Origin: Candidatus Parcubacteria bacterium
GTDB taxonomy: Bacteria; Patescibacteriota; Minisyncoccia; Phycocordibacterales; CAIJYI01
Length of the DNA: 64,000 nucleotides
Assembly: GCA_026395595.1 (NCBI GenBank)
Contig: JAPLYL010000004.1
Location: forward strand, 8,086-72,085
Direction of reading: 5' to 3'
Each line of letters starts with the position of its first letter. Positions within the stretch are counted from its first letter, which is position 1. Position numbers and translations under genes: made by a program. The notes under the pieces are model-generated. The model made no database searches. It saw only the letters and a list, made by a program, of their open reading frames with translations, and had not been told where the DNA came from. Below are positions 27,571-37,426 of the stretch, piece by piece.

Positions 27571-30500
27571 ATGAATACTATTTTTTCCAGAGCGTCAAAG
27601 AACACCCAGAGATTCTTTTTCGCCTTAGCCGCAATGATTTCAGTCGTCGGCGGTTTTTTTGTCGCGAACGCAGTGTTTGCGGTCGCACCTGACGCAACGG
27701 TTTCACCCGTAATGGTGAAAGGAGGAAGCGTTGGAATGATATACTCTTTTGTCCTTACGAATAATTCGGCCGCACCAGTTTATGACATAACGATTACCGC
27801 ACCGATTGGATTTGTTATTACCGATACTCTTGTCTGTCCGACGGGTTGGGCAGTTCAACATTCTGATGCTTCTTCTGTTGAGTGTCTTGGAAATCCGAAT
27901 CCAACAAAAGGATTATTTATAGCGAGTGGGGCACAAGCAATTTTATCTTTTTCTGCGACTGCACCATCGGTTGATTCTGTAAATCCTTGGGCGGTTGAAA
28001 TGGTAGACAATGTATTTGTCTCTCACGTTTTTAATCCCATTACTACTGTTGATGCCTCCGCGCCGGTAACTTCCAATTCTGATATTGATACGGCTTGGCA
28101 TCAAGGAAGTGTTTCTGTCTCTCTTACTCCGACGGATGCCGGAGGTTCAAGCGTTGCCTCCACTTTGTATTGCGTCGGGGCTATTGATTGCATTCCTTCA
28201 GCTTCTTATGGAAGCGAGATCGTTGTGAACACCGATGGACAAAACTATGTTCGCTATTTTTCAACTGACGGCGTGGGGAATGTTGAAACGACAAAAACAG
28301 CTGGGCCTATCAAAATAGATAATACCGCTCCGGTTTCCATTATTACTGTTGGAACTCCGAAATCGGGTAATTTCATTACTTCTGCTACGACTATCTCTCT
28401 TTCTGTAGATGACTCCGCTTCCGGCGTTGTCGGGACGGTATATAGTATTGATGACGCAACCGCGATTCCTTACACAGTGCCTTTCGTTGTAGGAACGACC
28501 GGTCATCACACCATTACCTATAAAAGCATTGATGCAATAGGAAATGAAGAATCTAACAAAACCCTCTCTGTTTTTGTTGATGACACGGCTCCTGTTGTTG
28601 GCGCTATCACTATATCTCATTTTGTTGACGGTTTTATATCAGGAACTTCTGATATCTCTGCTTCCGTAAACGATGCCGATGGTTCTGGTGTTGCGAGTTG
28701 CGAATATACTTTAGACGGAACGAACTGGGTATCCGCTACTCTTGCCGATGGGGTTTGTTCAAAAATCGGAGTTGATACTTCTCTTTCCTCTTTAGTAAAT
28801 GTTCGTGTTACTGATAGCTTGGGAAATCTTGGAACAGGAATAGCTACGGATGTTACTCCTGATACGACGGCTCCTGTTACTACTGATGCCGGTACCGATA
28901 CTTCTTGGCACAATGATAATGTCATCGTTACTTTGACTCCGTCTGATGCCGGTTCAAATATCGCTTCTACTGAATATAAAATAAACGGCGGATCTTGGAC
29001 TCTTTATACCGCGCCGATCATTGTTTCTTCTGAAGGAGAAAATACCATTTCTTATCGCAGTACGGATAAGGTTGGAAATGTTGAGGCAACTAAAACGGCT
29101 GTTAACACCGTAAAGATTGATAAAACGAATCCGACGATTACTGATGATAATGTTTCCGGTTGGAAAGGAACTGATACCACTGTTACACTGGCACCGATTG
29201 ATTCTTTGAGCGGAATTGTCGGCGTAAAGTATTGTGAAGGGATATCTTGCGACCTTTCTGTTGACGGAATCGTCTTGACTGCTCCTTACGAATTGAACTT
29301 TATGACTGACGGAACGAATGTTGTTCATTATCAGACGATGGACAATGCCGGAAATGTTTCGGCTGTGGGAACTTTTACTGTACAGACCGACAAAACGGCG
29401 CCAGCTTCAGCTTCTGTTACTTCAGTAGATCCAATTCATATCGTTTCTTCAATTCATTATGTAAAAGGAATCGTTACTCTTAATGCTTCATCTGTTGACG
29501 CGATGAGTCGTGTTGCGAAAGTTGAGTTTTATCATTCATCTCCTGTTGGAGTAAAAATTGGTGAATCTACTGTCTCCCCATATTCGCTCTCTTGGGATAC
29601 TCACTCTGTTTCTGACGGAGCACACGAAGTATATGTTATTGCTTATGACGTTGCAGGAAACATTCTTGAATCTGCGCACTATCCGATAATGGTAGACAAT
29701 ACCGCGCCGGCATTGGTGTCAAATGATATTACCGGTGGTTTTGCGGTAAATCCGAATGAAATGGCCTTTTCTCCGAATGGTGATATTGTAATGGATGCGG
29801 TTTCCATTGATGCAAAATTTACAGAAGAAGTCGTCTATGCGATAAAAATTAAATCTGGAAGTACTGTCGTTGCAAGCTGGACTGGTACGGCCACGAATCC
29901 GGGAGCTAAACAATGGACGGGAGCAGGAAATCTTGGAGATGGAATTTACACGATTGAAATTACTGCCACAGACCATGCCGGAAATACTTTTACGGATACA
30001 ACCAAAACGATTCTCTTAGATAATACCGCGCCTGCCGTCAATGCGGGTGATGATAAAATTACTAAAACGGATTCTTCTGTTATCGCATCCGCAACTGACG
30101 AAGGCGCAGGAATTGCGACTTACTCATGGTCTGGAACCGGTTTAACTTTTACTCCGAACAATGCGAAAGACACCGTTATTTCAGCGCTGGCTGATAATGG
30201 CGTTTATGCTGCTACTTTGACGGCTACTGATAATGTCGGAAACCATGCAAGCGATACTCTTTCATTTACGAAAGACACAGAAGGTCCGGCAATCAACGGC
30301 TTTTCAAGCCCTGTTGCCGATGCCGTCTACAAGACGAATAATGATCTCTTAACCTTCAATCCTTCTGACTTAGGAACGGCAATTGCTTGTTCTTATAAAA
30401 TCGGAACAGGAGATTTTGTCGTCGTTCCTTGCACGAGCGAACTATCAGTTACTTCTTCTCTTTCCGGTCTCGTTGACGGAAGAAATACTGTTACCGTAAC

Positions 30501-33156
30501 GGTCGCCGACGAAGCGGGAAATACTGTTTCTTCTGAAACTCGTTCTTTTGTGTACGACAACAACAATACTTTGACCGTCGGAGAGACTGCCGATTTTACG
30601 ACGATTCACGAAGCGATCAGTAAGGCGACCGCCGGAGATACTATCAGTATCGCTTCCGGAACATATAGCGAAAGTCTTCTGATTGAGAAAAAATTGAGTT
30701 TGGTTGGAACCGGATTAACAAAACCGATTATTGCAGGATCGGCACCGGCAAATTACATTGTCAAAATTAACGGAACAGCAGCGAACGATTCAGTGATTGA
30801 TAATCTGGAAATTAATGGAGGAACGACGAATACTTTTGACTACGGAATTCTTGTAAATAATTCCGGAAACGCAAGCCATCCGATTGAAATAAAAAATTCT
30901 ATCGTAAAAAATATCTGGAACACGAGCGCAAACGGCATTGGAGCTGAAAGCTCAAGCTATGTTTTGGTACACAATAACTCCATTTCCTCATTCCATAAAC
31001 GCGGAATTCGTTTCATTGATTCTTCAGGAAAATTCTATGGAAATGATGTTAAAGGCGATAGTGTAGACGGAACGACTCGCGTGCAAAATCTTGTTACTCT
31101 CTGGGGTGGTTCAAATGTAGAAATTTATAACAACACCTTGCATGATGCGAAGAGTTTTGGGGGAACGCAAACATGGGATTCACCGGCAGTATTCGTTAGC
31201 TCTTACGGTGGAAATGGAGCTTCTTATGCCAACATTCATGACAATGAAATTTATAACGGTGACACCGGTATCGTTGTAAGTTCTGTTTATTCTACCGTAG
31301 ACACTTCTTCTGCCGACGTAACAAACAATAATCTTCATGATTTAAACGTTGCGATAAATTTTGAAAAAAATACGGCTTTAGCGACTATCCACAATAATAA
31401 ATTTGTAAATAACGTAAAAAACTTAGATGCAAATGATGTTATTGGTCCGGTGACAAATGCAGAAGCCAACTGGTGGGGATTTTCAACTGGCCCGGCAACA
31501 GAAAGCGTATTTTCCAATGTTGATTATCGCCCGTGGTTCTTAACTGCCGATCTTTCTAACTTGGACATCATTGCTCCGACCGTTACTCTTTCTTCAACCA
31601 TAACTTCTCCGACGAATGTTTCGCCAATCGTCGTGTCTGTCGCTTTCGGCGAACAAGTAACTGGATTTACCGCTGAGGATATTTCCGTGACAAACGGAAC
31701 CATCAGCGAGGTGACCGACTCAGGATTCAATGTAACCCCGGATTCTAATGAAACGGTTACAGTAGATATTGCAAAAGACACGGTTCAGGATCTTTCCGGA
31801 AATTACAATACTGCTTCAAATGTTTTGAGTTTCGTTTATGATAATGTTAATCCGACGGCTACGGTTGCGTACTCACCTGATACACTGACCAATCAAGATG
31901 TTGTTGCGACTATGACCGCTAATGAGCCGGTCACGGTAAACAGCGAAGGAGGTTCAACTCACACTTTTACTTCTAATGGCGAATTCACTTTTAACTTTAC
32001 GGATGCTGCCGGAAATAACGGAACGGCTCTTGCGACGGTATCAAATATAGATAAGACCGCGCCCGCAGAAGTTACTCTCTCTGGAAAACCTGCTTCTCTC
32101 ACGAATGTTACGACGGCTGATATTATCGTAGGAGGAACTGATGTTGTTGCTTATAAATACAAAATGGATGGGGCCACTGATTATGGAGCCGAATCTGTTG
32201 TCTCAAATCATTTAACCCTCTCGAGTCTATCCGACGGTTCTCGTACACTCTCTGTTATTGGACGAGATGAAGCGGGAAACTGGAAAGCTGAAGCAACGGT
32301 ATATTCTTGGACGATTGAAACCGTTGTTCCTACTGTCACCACTCATACCCCGACGGTAAATGCCGTTGGTGTTGATCCGAGCACAGACATCGTTGTCGCT
32401 TTCAGCGAGGCAGTAAATCTTGACACAACGAAACTGACACTGAAAAAAGGAGGCGATGCTGTTGCTACTACGGTTACTTTTGACATCACCGGAAAAGTAG
32501 CGACGATTCATCCGACCACCATTCTTGCCAGCAATTCTCTTTATGAAGTAGTCTTACTCTCAACTATTGCCGACACTGCGGGAAATACGCTCGCCCAGAC
32601 TTCTTGGTCGTTCACTACGGCTGTTAGCTACTCCATTCCTCTCACGAAAGGTTGGAACTTGGTTTCTCTTCCTGTTGTTCCGGTAAGTACCTCAATTGAT
32701 TCTGTCTTGGGAGCAGCAAAAACAAACATTGAAACGGTTTGGGCGTACGATGCTCTTGCTGATAAGTGGTCTGTCTATCATGGAGACAATAACGGAACAA
32801 GTGACCTTACTAACATGACGGCCGGTTATGGATATTGGGTCAACTACACCAATGATGCTTCCAGTAACTTGATCGGTTCCGGAAATCTCATGCAGGAAGG
32901 GAATAGTGTACCTCCGTCAAGAAAATTAGCGGAAGGCTGGAACTTGATCGGATACTATCAGAGACCGAATACTACGAGCGTTAGCGCGACAAATGCGCTT
33001 CACAATAATTTGGACGGTATCTGGACATTGTTATTCGGATATGATAATACCAATAAACATATAACGACTTTGAGCGGTACTGATACGGTGTCTCCAGGCC
33101 AAGCATTCTGGGTCTGGTTGAATAGCGCTCGTTCCTACACGATGGGAAATATCTAA
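27571..33156 (+). CDS. Giant (1861 aa) secreted surface protein: tandem bacterial Ig-like domains, parallel beta-helix region, C-terminal conserved domain
   Basis: Signal peptide; more than 10 repeats with D-x-T-A-P boundaries; PbH1-like NN(S/T)I repeats around aa 1000-1300; C-terminal LTKGWNLVSLP / LAEGWNLIGYY motif. Confidence 0.85.
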   Translation: MNTIFSRASKNTQRFFFALAAMISVVGGFFVANAVFAVAPDATVSPVMVKGGSVGMIYSFVLTNNSAAPVYDITITAPIGFVITDTLVCPTGWAVQHSDASSVECLGNPNPTKGLFIASGAQAILSFSATAPSVDSVNPWAVEMVDNVFVSHVFNPITTVDASAPVTSNSDIDTAWHQGSVSVSLTPTDAGGSSVASTLYCVGAIDCIPSASYGSEIVVNTDGQNYVRYFSTDGVGNVETTKTAGPIKIDNTAPVSIITVGTPKSGNFITSATTISLSVDDSASGVVGTVYSIDDATAIPYTVPFVVGTTGHHTITYKSIDAIGNEESNKTLSVFVDDTAPVVGAITISHFVDGFISGTSDISASVNDADGSGVASCEYTLDGTNWVSATLADGVCSKIGVDTSLSSLVNVRVTDSLGNLGTGIATDVTPDTTAPVTTDAGTDTSWHNDNVIVTLTPSDAGSNIASTEYKINGGSWTLYTAPIIVSSEGENTISYRSTDKVGNVEATKTAVNTVKIDKTNPTITDDNVSGWKGTDTTVTLAPIDSLSGIVGVKYCEGISCDLSVDGIVLTAPYELNFMTDGTNVVHYQTMDNAGNVSAVGTFTVQTDKTAPASASVTSVDPIHIVSSIHYVKGIVTLNASSVDAMSRVAKVEFYHSSPVGVKIGESTVSPYSLSWDTHSVSDGAHEVYVIAYDVAGNILESAHYPIMVDNTAPALVSNDITGGFAVNPNEMAFSPNGDIVMDAVSIDAKFTEEVVYAIKIKSGSTVVASWTGTATNPGAKQWTGAGNLGDGIYTIEITATDHAGNTFTDTTKTILLDNTAPAVNAGDDKITKTDSSVIASATDEGAGIATYSWSGTGLTFTPNNAKDTVISALADNGVYAATLTATDNVGNHASDTLSFTKDTEGPAINGFSSPVADAVYKTNNDLLTFNPSDLGTAIACSYKIGTGDFVVVPCTSELSVTSSLSGLVDGRNTVTVTVADEAGNTVSSETRSFVYDNNNTLTVGETADFTTIHEAISKATAGDTISIASGTYSESLLIEKKLSLVGTGLTKPIIAGSAPANYIVKINGTAANDSVIDNLEINGGTTNTFDYGILVNNSGNASHPIEIKNSIVKNIWNTSANGIGAESSSYVLVHNNSISSFHKRGIRFIDSSGKFYGNDVKGDSVDGTTRVQNLVTLWGGSNVEIYNNTLHDAKSFGGTQTWDSPAVFVSSYGGNGASYANIHDNEIYNGDTGIVVSSVYSTVDTSSADVTNNNLHDLNVAINFEKNTALATIHNNKFVNNVKNLDANDVIGPVTNAEANWWGFSTGPATESVFSNVDYRPWFLTADLSNLDIIAPTVTLSSTITSPTNVSPIVVSVAFGEQVTGFTAEDISVTNGTISEVTDSGFNVTPDSNETVTVDIAKDTVQDLSGNYNTASNVLSFVYDNVNPTATVAYSPDTLTNQDVVATMTANEPVTVNSEGGSTHTFTSNGEFTFNFTDAAGNNGTALATVSNIDKTAPAEVTLSGKPASLTNVTTADIIVGGTDVVAYKYKMDGATDYGAESVVSNHLTLSSLSDGSRTLSVIGRDEAGNWKAEATVYSWTIETVVPTVTTHTPTVNAVGVDPSTDIVVAFSEAVNLDTTKLTLKKGGDAVATTVTFDITGKVATIHPTTILASNSLYEVVLLSTIADTAGNTLAQTSWSFTTAVSYSIPLTKGWNLVSLPVVPVSTSIDSVLGAAKTNIETVWAYDALADKWSVYHGDNNGTSDLTNMTAGYGYWVNYTNDASSNLIGSGNLMQEGNSVPPSRKLAEGWNLIGYYQRPNTTSVSATNALHNNLDGIWTLLFGYDNTNKHITTLSGTDTVSPGQAFWVWLNSARSYTMGNI

Positions 33157-33188
33157 ATGGTTGATTCGTCATTGAGTAAAAAATAATT

Positions 33189-34193
33189 ATGAAACGGTAT
33201 ATTTTCACTTTTGCGTTTTCTCTCGCTTTTCTCGCTCCGACTTTGGCGTGGGCTCAGCCGGGAATTCCGCATCAGTTTTATGGGACGATAGAATTCGCAA
33301 ACGGGCCGACGCCCGCCGGCCTTACGGTTGAGGTAAAAGTCGGCGGGGCAACCGTCGGAACAGCGACGACGGGGTCGGGAAAGTACGGGTACAATCCAAG
33401 CCTTCTCTTTGCGGAAAAACTGGAAGGAGAATGGTCTGGAGAAACGGCGGAGTTTTATGTCGGCGGAACGAAAGCCATCACGGCATCTCCGGTAACTCTT
33501 TCGCGAGGCGGTTATACCAGATTGGATTTGAACGTTTTGAAATCGGTTGGGTCCATCACTAAAACCGAAAGCGACGTAATTACTGATCAGCAAACTTCTA
33601 TTACCGCTTCGTCTCCAACCATTATCAATATGGGAAGTTCTCTCAACGTACAAGTCTCTTCCGATACCAGCACGACGGCGACCATTTCCAAAGTTGAAAA
33701 ATTGAACTCTGATTTTTTCACCGGAAACACAGCGATACTTTCAGGGCAAAATCTTTTGAACGCCTATGAAATTAAAATCAATGGTACCGGACTTTCTATT
33801 TCAGTAATGATGAAGTACGATGACACCGGTATTGATGAAAGCACCGTGAAGCCATACAAATACAACGGAACGGAATGGATAGCTATAACGCCATTCACGA
33901 GAGACACGACGGCGAATACTTTGACCTTCTCCATGCTGGCTGCAAATACTCCGTATGTTTTGTTCGGACAAAAAACGCCGATACAAAGTAGCGGTGGCGG
34001 CGGAGGCAGTTCAAATCCTGTTGTTGTAACCGTTGGTGATATGAACGGCGATGCCAAGGTCAACAAATATGACTTTGCTCTTATGATGTCAAACTGGGGG
34101 AAAACCGGGACGAATGTTGCTGACTTGAACAATGATAATGTGGTCAATAAATACGACTTTGCGCTCTTGATGGCGCGTTGGTCAACCTCATAA
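33189..34193 (+). CDS. Secreted protein with C-terminal type-I dockerin module
   Basis: Signal peptide; C-terminus GDMNGDAKVNKYDFALMMSNW and ADLNNDNVVNKYDFALLMARW = duplicated Ca-binding dockerin repeats. Confidence 0.75.
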   Translation: MKRYIFTFAFSLAFLAPTLAWAQPGIPHQFYGTIEFANGPTPAGLTVEVKVGGATVGTATTGSGKYGYNPSLLFAEKLEGEWSGETAEFYVGGTKAITASPVTLSRGGYTRLDLNVLKSVGSITKTESDVITDQQTSITASSPTIINMGSSLNVQVSSDTSTTATISKVEKLNSDFFTGNTAILSGQNLLNAYEIKINGTGLSISVMMKYDDTGIDESTVKPYKYNGTEWIAITPFTRDTTANTLTFSMLAANTPYVLFGQKTPIQSSGGGGGSSNPVVVTVGDMNGDAKVNKYDFALMMSNWGKTGTNVADLNNDNVVNKYDFALLMARWSTS

Positions 34194-34200
34194 AACTGAT

Positions 34201-34905
34201 ATGAAAAAATATACAAAAATAATTTTTGCCGGCATAGCGATATTCGCTTTTACAGCGACGATGGCCGGCGCGGCGAGCGTTACGGTATCTCCGGCATCGC
34301 TTGCTAAAAAAGTCGGCGACTCGTTCACTGTTTCTGTCGGTGTTTCCACTGGCGGAAGCAAGGTGTGCGTCGTTGAAGGAAAAGTTAATCTTGATAAACT
34401 TTCCTGCACGGATATTACCGTTGCGGACGGATTGATTGCTCAAACGACCCCGACCTGCGCGAAGCCCTCGTTTTCTATCGGAATCCCCGGTTGTACTACC
34501 GCCAGTAAAAATCTTTTCTCCGTGTCGGTAAAAGCGCCGACTGTGGGAACCGCGACCCTCGGATTTACCGGAGTTGATGTCGTCGGAGAAGGAATTTCTT
34601 TGGGAGGTTCTGCTGGAACTGGTGAGTATATCATTACCGGAAATACGGAAACCACCGTTACGCCGACCGCTACGGTGACGCCGAAACCTGCTACGGGAAC
34701 AACGATAAAGCCGACCGTAACCGCTCCGACAACAGAAACGGAGAAAACGGTTACTGAGCCGATGGTTACCGTCACAACCCCCGCGTCTGACAATAATCTC
34801 GCCGCAGCAGGTTCCGCTACTCGCGGAGTGCCTCTGCCGATAGCGATAGGAATCGGCATAGCCGCCCTCGCTCTCGGATACTTCACGGCAAGAAAAATGA
34901 AATAA
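34201..34905 (+). CDS. Cohesin-like domain protein with Thr/Pro-rich linker and C-terminal transmembrane anchor
   Basis: Signal peptide; SVTVSPASLAKKVGDSFTVSVGV...VNLDKL...GLIAQ resembles cohesin beta-sandwich; TVTPTATVTPKP linker; C-terminal hydrophobic anchor plus RKMK. Confidence 0.55.
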   Translation: MKKYTKIIFAGIAIFAFTATMAGAASVTVSPASLAKKVGDSFTVSVGVSTGGSKVCVVEGKVNLDKLSCTDITVADGLIAQTTPTCAKPSFSIGIPGCTTASKNLFSVSVKAPTVGTATLGFTGVDVVGEGISLGGSAGTGEYIITGNTETTVTPTATVTPKPATGTTIKPTVTAPTTETEKTVTEPMVTVTTPASDNNLAAAGSATRGVPLPIAIGIGIAALALGYFTARKMK

Positions 34906-35006
34906 GATTATACACAACAAAAAAACCACTTGGCGGTGAAACCGCCAAGTGGTTTTTTTGTTGTGCCTTGAAACTTTCTGTTGTGAGTGTTTTAATTAAA
35001 GTACTT

Positions 35007-36695
35007 ATGAAGCAACTTTTGTTCATCATCTCGTTGTTTTCTTTTTCTTACTTTTTTCTTGGCGCCTCCGCGGTTCAATCGGCAAGTCTTGAATACTCCA
35101 CTTTTATCTCCACCGACCCTGTTTCCAATTCTTTTGTTATTCGCTACGGCGGTTTGGAAGAAAAAGACAAACATTATTATTCTTGTTCCATACAGAATTT
35201 ATTTTGCGCTGCGACGAGTACTCCGAGTGAAAGCGTTTCTTCTTCCGGAAATTATTACAATGTCATAAAAGATACCGAACGCGTTATTTTTCGCGGGCAT
35301 TCGCTGGATGGAAAATTCGTCTATTACTATCAGTACGCCGATACGAAACACCCATATCGCTGGTATGTGGTAATCAATACGGAAAAGGGAAAGACTTATG
35401 CAAAAAAAACAGCGGTTCCTTTTCTTGATCTCATGACCGAACAAAATCGCTTGTTCAGCATATCTCCCGATAGCGAAACGCTTTTCTACATAGATGACCG
35501 CGAGGGAACGCCGGCAATTTATCGCGTACCTCTCGCAAACATGACTAAGAGTTCCATGATTGGGGAGCGAATTACAAAAAGCGCGTATACGGTCGCGGAT
35601 TTCATTGCGTATGACAAAAACACGGTGTATTTTATCGCTAACCGAAAAGATCCGCTCACTTGGTCGCTCTATCGCTACGACACGATAGCGGATACTCTTC
35701 AGTTAATCGCTGATAATGTTTCCTATTCAGACCCGATAAAAAAGGTTGGGGGCAATATCGTTTTTCTTCAAATGAAAGGGAATGCCGTTGTTCCTGTTGT
35801 GTATGATTCGACAAAAAATACGCTGGGATATTTTCTCTTGCCCCAGACACCGGGAATTTCCAGCATAAATAATTCATACAAAGTTGTGCGATACGGAAAT
35901 CTTTCGGGGACTATTTTGTATCCAAAAGCGGATACGGATAATGCAAAAGTTCCGCGGCCGATGATTGTCTGGCTTCATGGCGGGCCATACAGGCAAAGCA
36001 GTCTGACGATTCATTCGTTTTTTTCGTATGGCGTGTATGACTGGATTCTCAATGAGGCGCGCGGTAATGGCGCGGTAGTGCTCAAATTGGATTACAGCGG
36101 AAGTTATGGGTACGGCAGTGATTTTATTTCGGCCCTTAAAGGAAACATCGGCAAGCAAGATGTGAAAGACGTCGTATTCGCTTTAGGGAAAGCAAAAGAA
36201 GACGCATCAAAAGATTTTTCCATTTCCGGGGTGTATCTGGTGGGTAACAGCTATGGCGGATATCTCGCCGTTCGCAGTTTAACGGCCTATCCGGAAAAGT
36301 TCGTGGGCGCATTTTCCATCAACGGCGTTATGGATTGGACGACGCTTTTGGAAGATCTGAAAACTTCGCTTTTCAATATCTATTTTGGTGGAACGCCGAA
36401 TAGGAAAAATCAAAACTTGTTTGATAAGGCTGATATGCTCGGACGGTACACTTCGGTTTTACCGGGGCAGAAAATAACGCTCGTTCAGGCGGAAAAAGAT
36501 AACACTATCAATCCCGCGCAAGCGGATATCCTCAAGTATTCATGGAAACCGAACGGTGTGGAAGTGAACGTTATTTCCGTCCCCGAAGAGGATCATGTTT
36601 TTCATAAAAACAGTTCTATTACGAACATCTGCGGTTCTCTTTTGAGTTTTATGAACATGACCGCCACCTCCGAGGAAAGATGCATCTTTCACTAA
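35007..36695 (+). CDS. Secreted prolyl-oligopeptidase-family (S9) serine peptidase with N-terminal beta-propeller
   Basis: GNSYGG nucleophile elbow, WLHGGP, downstream Asp/His region; signal peptide. Confidence 0.8.
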   Translation: MKQLLFIISLFSFSYFFLGASAVQSASLEYSTFISTDPVSNSFVIRYGGLEEKDKHYYSCSIQNLFCAATSTPSESVSSSGNYYNVIKDTERVIFRGHSLDGKFVYYYQYADTKHPYRWYVVINTEKGKTYAKKTAVPFLDLMTEQNRLFSISPDSETLFYIDDREGTPAIYRVPLANMTKSSMIGERITKSAYTVADFIAYDKNTVYFIANRKDPLTWSLYRYDTIADTLQLIADNVSYSDPIKKVGGNIVFLQMKGNAVVPVVYDSTKNTLGYFLLPQTPGISSINNSYKVVRYGNLSGTILYPKADTDNAKVPRPMIVWLHGGPYRQSSLTIHSFFSYGVYDWILNEARGNGAVVLKLDYSGSYGYGSDFISALKGNIGKQDVKDVVFALGKAKEDASKDFSISGVYLVGNSYGGYLAVRSLTAYPEKFVGAFSINGVMDWTTLLEDLKTSLFNIYFGGTPNRKNQNLFDKADMLGRYTSVLPGQKITLVQAEKDNTINPAQADILKYSWKPNGVEVNVISVPEEDHVFHKNSSITNICGSLLSFMNMTATSEERCIFH

Positions 36696-36696
36696 T

Positions 36697-36752
36697 TTAC
36701 CAAGGGCATCCCTATGTATATGTCGACATATACATAGGGATGCCCTTGGTAA
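36697..36752. terminator. 56-nt perfect palindrome between convergent stop codons (bidirectional terminator)
   Basis: ttaccaagggcatccctatgtatatgtc|gacatatacatagggatgcccttggtaa, centre GTCGAC. Confidence 0.8.
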
Positions 36753-36754
36753 AA

Positions 36755-37375
36755 TTATCGGCGGCTCGCGAGAGCGTCTTTGAGGGTTTCTTTGTCGGAG
36801 TATTCCAACTCTGTGCCGGTGGAAAGTCCTCTTCCTAAGGAGGTGATGGAAAGGGAGTATTTTTCGGCGAGCGGTTCAAGAATTTTTAATAAATAGATGG
36901 CGGTGTTTTCGCCCTCGCTGTTGGCGTTCATAGCGAGCACTACTTCGCGGAGACCGTTGTTCTTGGCTCGGTCTTGAATCGTATAAAAAAGTTCTTTGGC
37001 TCGTATTTTTTTTGCGGGTTCTTTTTCCAGTATGGGTATCGCTCCGCCAAGAATGAAATAAAAGCCGTTCCATATTCCCGCTTTATACATATTTTCCAGA
37101 TCCACATCTTTTTCTATGACCATAAGCATGGCTTTGTCGCGGTCATCTTCATTACAAACAGAACAGATTTTTTCTTCTCCTCCGGACTTTTGGAAATAGC
37201 GGAAACAGGAAGAACATTGATCCACCTCTTCGTTGAGTCGCGCGAGAGTTGCCGAAAGTTCATTACGAAATTCGGCATCTTTTGACAGCAAAAAATACAC
37301 GAAGCGTTTGGCTTGTCGCGGGCCGATACCGGGGAACTTTGAAAAAAGTTCAATGAGTTGGGAAATGGGGTTCAT
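36755..37375 (-). CDS. recR: Recombination protein RecR
   Basis: N-terminal LIELFSKFPGIGPRQAKR HhH, C4 zinc finger CSSC...CSVC, Toprim region; start at ATG (rc) 37373-37375. Confidence 0.9.
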   Translation of the reverse strand: MNPISQLIELFSKFPGIGPRQAKRFVYFLLSKDAEFRNELSATLARLNEEVDQCSSCFRYFQKSGGEEKICSVCNEDDRDKAMLMVIEKDVDLENMYKAGIWNGFYFILGGAIPILEKEPAKKIRAKELFYTIQDRAKNNGLREVVLAMNANSEGENTAIYLLKILEPLAEKYSLSITSLGRGLSTGTELEYSDKETLKDALASRR

Positions 37376-37426
37376 GTTGGTAAAGAATAAAGGAAAAAGC
37401 AAAAAGGAGGACGGAACTACTTTAAT

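Noticed and set aside
28261-32511. Multiple minus-strand ORFs (85-124 aa) inside the giant surface-protein gene
   Set aside because: Antisense to a continuous 5.6-kb ORF with clear repeated domain structure; Arg/Asn/Ser-rich nonsense translations.
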